Origin: Stylophora pistillata
Taxonomy: Eukaryota
Direction of reading: 5' to 3'
Length of the DNA: 64,000 nucleotides
Assembly (NCBI RefSeq): GCF_002571385.2
Contig: NW_019218373.1
Span: 1-64,000, forward strand
Part shown: piece after piece, positions 57,801 to 64,000 of the stretch
Numbering within the stretch: position 1 is the stretch's first letter
Layout: every line of letters begins with the position of its first letter
Program-made: the position numbers and the translations under genes
Notes under the pieces: generated by a model
Seen by the model: only the letters and a program-made list of their open reading frames with translations
What the model was told of the DNA's origin: nothing
Databases searched by the model: none

Positions 57801-59403
57801 ACGCCGATGAAACAGGACACGTTCGCATATGAGAAAAATCTAAATTCATTGATCATGACTCTAACTGGTTCAGCCGTGAGTTTAAGAAGCCATCCACATA
57901 AGACTTTATTCTAATGACATCAATAGAGATAACAGAATCGAAATTCCTAGAGCATGTATGCCTACTATCGAAAAACATAACAGCCGATCAGGAACAAAGC
58001 GCACCAATGAGGGAATAACATACGATAGTCGGAAAAATAATGAGGACCGAAATGCACCAATGACATTGCCCCATAACACACCAATGATAAGAAACCAAGG
58101 TGCCATAAATGGCAACACGTAAACTTTCGGCTTCGTCGCTTGACAAAGACTATCAGTATAACAGTCGAAATGTCGCGATCAATACACGCTTCCGATTGAG
58201 CAGCCTGATTCTTACGTGCATCGTAAGACAAACGATTAAACGTCTATTTCTTTATAAACCCACGATGAAAAACAACAATTCTATTCTCAAAAGTTTTTCA
58301 CTCTGGCGTAAAGACTGACCAACAATTGTTATCTAACGGGCTCTGCGGGGAGGGGGGGGGGAGAAAGAAATTTTGCTATACGTCTTTAGCAGTTTTCGGC
58401 ATTCTTTATTTAAGTATATGGCTTCTACGTGTTTTGGTCTCCCCAGGAAATATCAGATATATTTTCTGATTTAATTTCCAATACCTTTGCAAGCAGATGG
58501 ATTAGGAGAAAGAAGGAAGATTTAAGATTTGCTTTATTTGATACCAATTTCTCTAGACTGAAATATCAAGAAATGCATAGTAAAAAGTATGATATTTCGA
58601 ACCGAGGATTGAAAAAAGTTAGAATACGTACAGTTCAGCTTACGCTCACTTGTTCTTATCATAACTTAAGTCAGCCTGTTTTAGGCTCTTAGCTAGTGGA
58701 TACAATGAAAAAAAAAAAGGCATTCGCCAGAGCTTTCTCTATCATCTCTATTAGGGGAAAACTTAACACATTGTTAGGAATTGTGTCGACTACCGCTCGT
58801 CGTTCTGAACTTCGAGACACAGCGGTCAAACGTCGGGCATGCCGTAGGTGGATTAGTTTTAGCCAGCCATGCCGCCTCAGATATTTCCCGCCTAAAAAAT
58901 TAAAAAAAAAACATAGAAAACAAACGTTGCCACGCGAAACATAGGAAAATTTGAAACGGTAAAAGAAATCTGTAGAAGGAAAGAAAAACAGTGAAAGGGT
59001 AAACTCGAATAGTTAACGCGATGCACGCAAGTCGAAGGTCAAGTGACGATAAAATGATGAGACCGGCGTTTTTTTTTCTACATGTCATAAAAATAAAACA
59101 GTTTAATCACAATAGCGTTAACCAATAAGAGCAAAGGTCAACATCTGTAGGAAGCGACCTTATTTAGCGAGTGACCAAATCATATTGTATTTATTTGGTT
59201 GAGAGGACAGACACATTTTCACTTGAGTGTCGAAAGTAATCCGGTGTTTCTTTGGTTTTTCTCTTTGATTCGTCCAGAAAAATCGCGCCACTGTCTCAGC
59301 CAATCAGATGTTAGACTAAAACCAATCATGTCAACTTGGTCACTCGCGTTTTCCTGCACTTCAAACAAGTTGCCTCTTTTTACCTCCGAGTTCTCGTTGG
59401 TCT

Positions 59404-59577
59404 ATAGCCCATTTCCGAATTACCCTTGCCTCATTTTTAAAACGAGTCCTGGTGCTCATCCTTTCATATGATTATAAGTTTTCATTTACATGCAAATTAA
59501 ACTCATTTTCACCAGAATGGTTGAGCACCAGGCCTCGTTTTGAAAAAGAGGCCAAGTATAATTCGGAAATGGGCTAT
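59404..59577. mobile_element. Palindromic MITE nested in an interspersed repeat (59215-59645)
   Basis: ATAGCCCATTTCCGAATTA...TAATTCGGAAATGGGCTAT termini with inner inverted match CCTGGTGCTCA/TGAGCACCAGG. Confidence 0.8.
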
Positions 59578-59754
59578 TAGGATGTTAACCTGTGTTGTGA
59601 TTGGTTGTTGTGATAACATTGGTTTGGTACTATTGACATTCAGTGATGAGCTGCCCTTCTACGCGTGTTTTTCAAACCGATCATACAACGAAAAAGTAAT
59701 TCTTTTGGCACGTGATTGATATTGCTCTAAATTCATGCCACAGTAACTAGTAAG

Positions 59755-60273
59755 AGTAAAAACCCGCGTGTAAGAACCTAGTTTTTTTCATGCCTGGCAA
59801 AATAGATTCTTATGTTTTGGGGTACTTACTGACAACTTAGGCAAAACAGGTTCTTAATAGGTTCTTTGCCTCAATATTTCAGACGTGAGGACATGCCAGA
59901 CTTAATTTTCTATACTATACTGTACAATACACTGTGTACTGAACAACGTACTTAATTATACAGTTTAGAAGTTTATGCCCAGTAGTACATCTTTTTGAAC
60001 TTGCTTTAATACATAACTGGGAGCCATAAATACAGTGGGGAAACTGTATTGTGACATGTTTTATGGAAGTATATCAAATGTATAGAAAACATTTATTTTA
60101 TAGTTACAGACATATTTTGCTACAACATTGTTTCGTTATCCAGAATGACTGTTCATATAAGAACCATGCAGCCTTTGCTGGGTAAACAGGTTCTTATATT
60201 TTTGGGTATTAAAATCCAAAAATTTCTGCCAAAAAGGTTCTTAATTACTAGGTTCTTACACACGGGTTTTGAC
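59755..60273. mobile_element. MITE with about 27-bp TIRs
   Basis: AGTAAAAACCCGCGTGTAAGAACCTAGT ... ACTAGGTTCTTACACACGGGTTTTGACT, with internal GGTTCTTA repeats. Confidence 0.7.
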
Positions 60274-60499
60274 TATAATACAACACAGTTTATACCAAGA
60301 GAACGACACATGAGATATTAATGCAAATGACTGTGAAATAAGATCTTGCTAAGTTTCAAAATAAAATCAATACGATCATGATAACTTGCTATTTAAACTC
60401 TTTCTATTATCAGACGATCTTGACAGCGGTAACAGCAGGTTGAAGTTATAATCTCTCTATAGTAACGGATGCACTAGAGTGTCCGCTTCTTGTACATCT

Positions 60500-62338
60500 T
60501 CAATGGCCTTCGCCACATAAAGTAGAGGCTGCATTCTAAGAAATTGAAAGGAAGTATCTTTAGCCACATAAGCGTCAACTTAACGAGTCCGGATAGTGGT
60601 TTGCGTGGTCTGAACTGTTATCCTCGGACAACAATATTCGTCATCACAGTGGTCAAAATGTTGTGGACCCACGATGCACAGCCGAGTGGGTCCACAACAA
60701 ATCTGCTTGAAAAACTAATCAACATCTTTCTTTTTGTTGAACAGATAGAAAACTTACAGTTGAATTCCGAAGTCGTTGCGAAAATTAATCGATGCAATGC
60801 GCAAATATAGTGTTTGAAAAAGTCATATTCCAAATTTATACTTTTCTTAGCATTGTTTTATCAAAATAACCTGATGTTTTCTACAATACACCTAATGAAA
60901 AAATCACTTCCCAAAACAATTGTCTTTATTATGAAAATATAATTTTGACCTCTACTCTGGCCGAACAAAACAAACTATGGATTAAGCCGCCATGAAAGAA
61001 CGCAAGCATTAGATTGGTAATTCCTGTTGCGGAGATTAGGGAGAGAGGGGAAAACTCGATCCGAATTTAAAGTAACGGGGAGATACAGATGAAAGGCAAA
61101 ATCGAACTTGTTCCCATTCCCCATCCAACGAAATCCAAATTGCGTTACCTTCTTTATAATTCTCCATTCAAGTTTATTCCTTCAATTGGTCTGTTTGTCG
61201 TTTGTTATTATTTTTTTTTTTCGCTTTTATTTTTCTCAAGTACTACTCCGGCTCAGGCACGCAAGAAAAACATTTTGTCTTTCAAAATCCATACATATCG
61301 GAGCTTAAACCCAAAAACATATTTTAACAAGGTTCCCCGTCAATTTTGTTTTGTTTTGTTTTTTTGTTGTTGTTATCCCAACCCCTCCCCTAGATAGTGG
61401 CGGTATATGGCATGCTGGTAAAAGATGTTAGAAAAGGCTCAACAGGAAAGAAGAAAATAACGTATTAGGGACCAGTCATTATTTATCAGCAAAGGGGTGA
61501 GAGGGGGGGGGGAGGGGGGGTTGAGGATATTCGGGATTACACGGTTTTCAGGAGAAACGGAGGAAGAATCAGCCGTCGCCAACAAAGCATTTTAAAGGGG
61601 GATTTAGAACATTGACCGGTAATTAACTGCCAATGAGAGGTATCTAAGGAATATCAAAGAGCCCTATGGGGAAATCAGGTAGGTGAATTTCATGATGACA
61701 TGACATAAATCCTCCGATCCCATCCCCCACCCCTCCCCCCCTCGGCGATAAATAGTCAGACCGGTCTGGATAACCAAACCGGTTCCTTGGTTTTCCTTCT
61801 TTTTTACCTGCAGATTGAACAGCAAATTTTCCCCTGAATGAGAATCAGCAAGGCTCGTCGCCAAAAGGTTGCAAAATTCCTGGTGAGAGCTTTCAGAGAT
61901 GCTAACGTTTGACACTGATGAGGGAAACTGGCCCACATGCTGTTGTGGGAACTGGAACTGATTTGGTAACTCGGTGTAAGCTGGTGGCAACGCAGCTGGG
62001 AACGGAGGTGGAAATGACTTAGCTGTACTGCTTTCCATTTCAAAATCTGGCTGGAACATGTGGGAGTTCACCGCAATGTTATAGCCTTCCTGCCCGTGAA
62101 CAGAATTCTGGATGTAATCTTTCAAGCTTCGGATGTAGTTTGTGGCAATCCGTAGCAATTCTAGCTTAGTTTTCACCCTGGTATCCTCATAATTTGGAAT
62201 GGCGCTTCGAAGTTCTTCAAAGGCGTCATTCATTTTTCGCACACGTTCTCTTTCACGCCGGTTTGCTAGGACTCTTTTAGCTTTTGACATTTGTCTTTTT
62301 CGGGTTTTCTTTGTTCGGTCGTCTACGATACCTTCCAT
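60500..62338 (-). CDS. Atonal-superfamily (group A) bHLH transcription factor, about 188 aa
   Basis: Exon 62338-61808 with KRVLANRRERERVRKMNDAFEELRSAIP..KTKLELLRIATNYIRSL, ending at CAG|gtaaaa. Probable last exon 60535-60500 (NAASTLCGEGH*). A splice acceptor lies 2 nt before the ATG, so an upstream exon is likely. Confidence 0.85.
61466..61768. mobile_element. MITE in bHLH intron
   Basis: GGGACCAGTCATTATTTATC..GGGG at left and CCCCCCTCGGCGATAAATAGTCAGACCGGTC at right form imperfect inverted ends. Confidence 0.55.
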
Positions 62339-64000
62339 GACTAGAATTAAATAAAAAAAAAATGAAAGAAAGAAAGGAAAAAGAGGAAATACAAGTTAAC
62401 CCTCTCACTCCCACGATCTCATAAGTAATTTTATTTATTGTCTCCCATAAAATTATTGCGATGTTACTTTGGAGAATGTTAAGATGGATCATCTAAAAAT
62501 ACCCTAATTGATATTTCCTTAATTCTCATCACCTAGTTTTCACCCTGTTCGCACTTTTCCACGAGCTTCGCTCTCGGAAAACTGTTTGCATCGTGGGACA
62601 GATAATGTCCACGGACAAACATCGGTGCATATTTTCGCGCCAAATAGAGATTATTGTATGTCTACCGCACCGGTATATGGTACTTTTCGCGCGCGTTGAT
62701 TGGCTAGTTTGGAAGTGAATAATGAGTACTTTTCACCTTCGAACAAAATCGCGCGTGGAGAGTTTATTTTTGACCATTTTTCGCTATATTGAAAGAAATA
62801 AAGTTTTTGGTATCTGTGTGATGTATGCTAAAATAATTATTCACATTGGTGTCGGAACTCGGAACTCGGAACTCCCTACCCAAAGTTCAAACAGTCAAAG
62901 AGCGTAACGCGGAATCAACATTACGCACTCCACTAAGCAGTAATCCTTTTATCACTCGTAAATGGCGCCATCCTACGCTATACAACTGAATGTTTCATTG
63001 CAAAGGTGTGCCAGATATTTCATTAAAAGTCTGGATTTAGACAGATTCAGATTTTGCACTAGTTACATAAAAAAAAAGTGGTAAGGCGCAATAACATTAA
63101 GTATAGAATATAAATCAAATATAAGGTAAGAAGTATCTCAATTCATACCAATTTATTTTTTCTCAGACGATTCTCAAACTTTGCATTGATTTTTGTTCAT
63201 TCGTCAATGTCACATGCTTTGGAAAACATTTTTTAATCGGGTGTAAATATCATTTTTCTGATAAAAAAAAAAACAGTAATTTAATATGCTCTCGTTTTTA
63301 TTGGAGATGTTTGTAGATGTTCTAAGTAATTGTTCGTGATGCAATAAAAAGAGAGTACATCCAAATTTTACATAAACCGATCAACAACTTCCGTATAAAG
63401 CTCTTGAGTTTCAATTCGTGACATTTAAGGAAGATGTGGTGTATATAGTGTGGTTCTTTGCAATTTAAAAACTTGTTTTTATCGCTTAACCGTGCGTGCA
63501 TAATTGTTTCTTTGTGACAGTAAATCCTCTGTGAAGGTTGAAGCAGGCGAAACTACTTTTCTAAAAAGAAATTTGTCCCTCTAGTTGATGATAATCAGCA
63601 GAAGAAGCATTTGCCATGGACCGGTTTGCTGTTAGGGGCATTCTAGGACAGTTGTTTCTACGATATTCGTCAGTATAGTTTTTCTAAGAATTATTGATGC
63701 ATATTCACAGTGAGTTCGAGGCAAGCGCGCTATTTTAGACCCAGCCTATCAAAGCAGCCTTTTCCAAACTCAACGTTTGACTTTTCATAGTTTTGCGACC
63801 GAAAGTGAATCATCAGAATAACTTGGTATTAGAAACCGTAATGGTGTTGCAATAGAATATTATTCCTAAGATTTTTATACGAATAGAGATTCCAAAAGCC
63901 AATGAAGAGATTCTTATTGATATGAAACGTTATGCACGGTATTGTATCTGTATTTCTGCAATCTATCATGATTGCACAACAAACAAAATTTCACAATATA

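Noticed and set aside
61664-61807. C-terminal part of the 224-aa bHLH ORF
   Set aside because: It lies past a CAG|GTAAAA donor and runs into a MITE, so it is interpreted as intron read-through.

Overview
This is AT-rich eukaryotic genomic DNA with spliceosomal GT-AG introns and five short N gaps. The repeat landscape and gene set suggest a cnidarian, probably a stony coral (inference). I reconstructed these host genes by reading splice sites and checking codon phase. (1) A minus-strand receptor with FGFR/FGFRL1-type Ig domains and, across an N gap, a TIR domain. (2) An intronless Lys-rich ORF ending in a stathmin/CCDC198-like motif. (3) RCCD1 (7 exons, -), head-to-head with (4) a MAP9-like gene (6 exons, +). 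(5) An SLF2/FAM178-like gene (11 exons, -). (6) An intronless class A GPCR (-). (7) An atonal-superfamily bHLH gene (-). Introns and spacers hold many mobile elements with readable ends. There are three non-autonomous AcademH-type DNA transposons with 9-bp TSDs that retain transposase starts, two of them also RecQ-helicase remnants. There are two R4/Dong-clade retrotransposons next to (TAA)n tracts and two TTAA-flanked Kolobok-type elements, one a fold-back carrying a THAP N-terminus. Also present are an ATAT-flanked TIR element, a solo LTR, a CR1-like remnant, SINEs and three minimal hammerhead-ribozyme repeats of Penelope-like type. A tRNA-containing tandem/inverted repeat does not fit a classical SINE model. 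No database searches were run; family names come from motif recognition and all coordinates were counted by hand.
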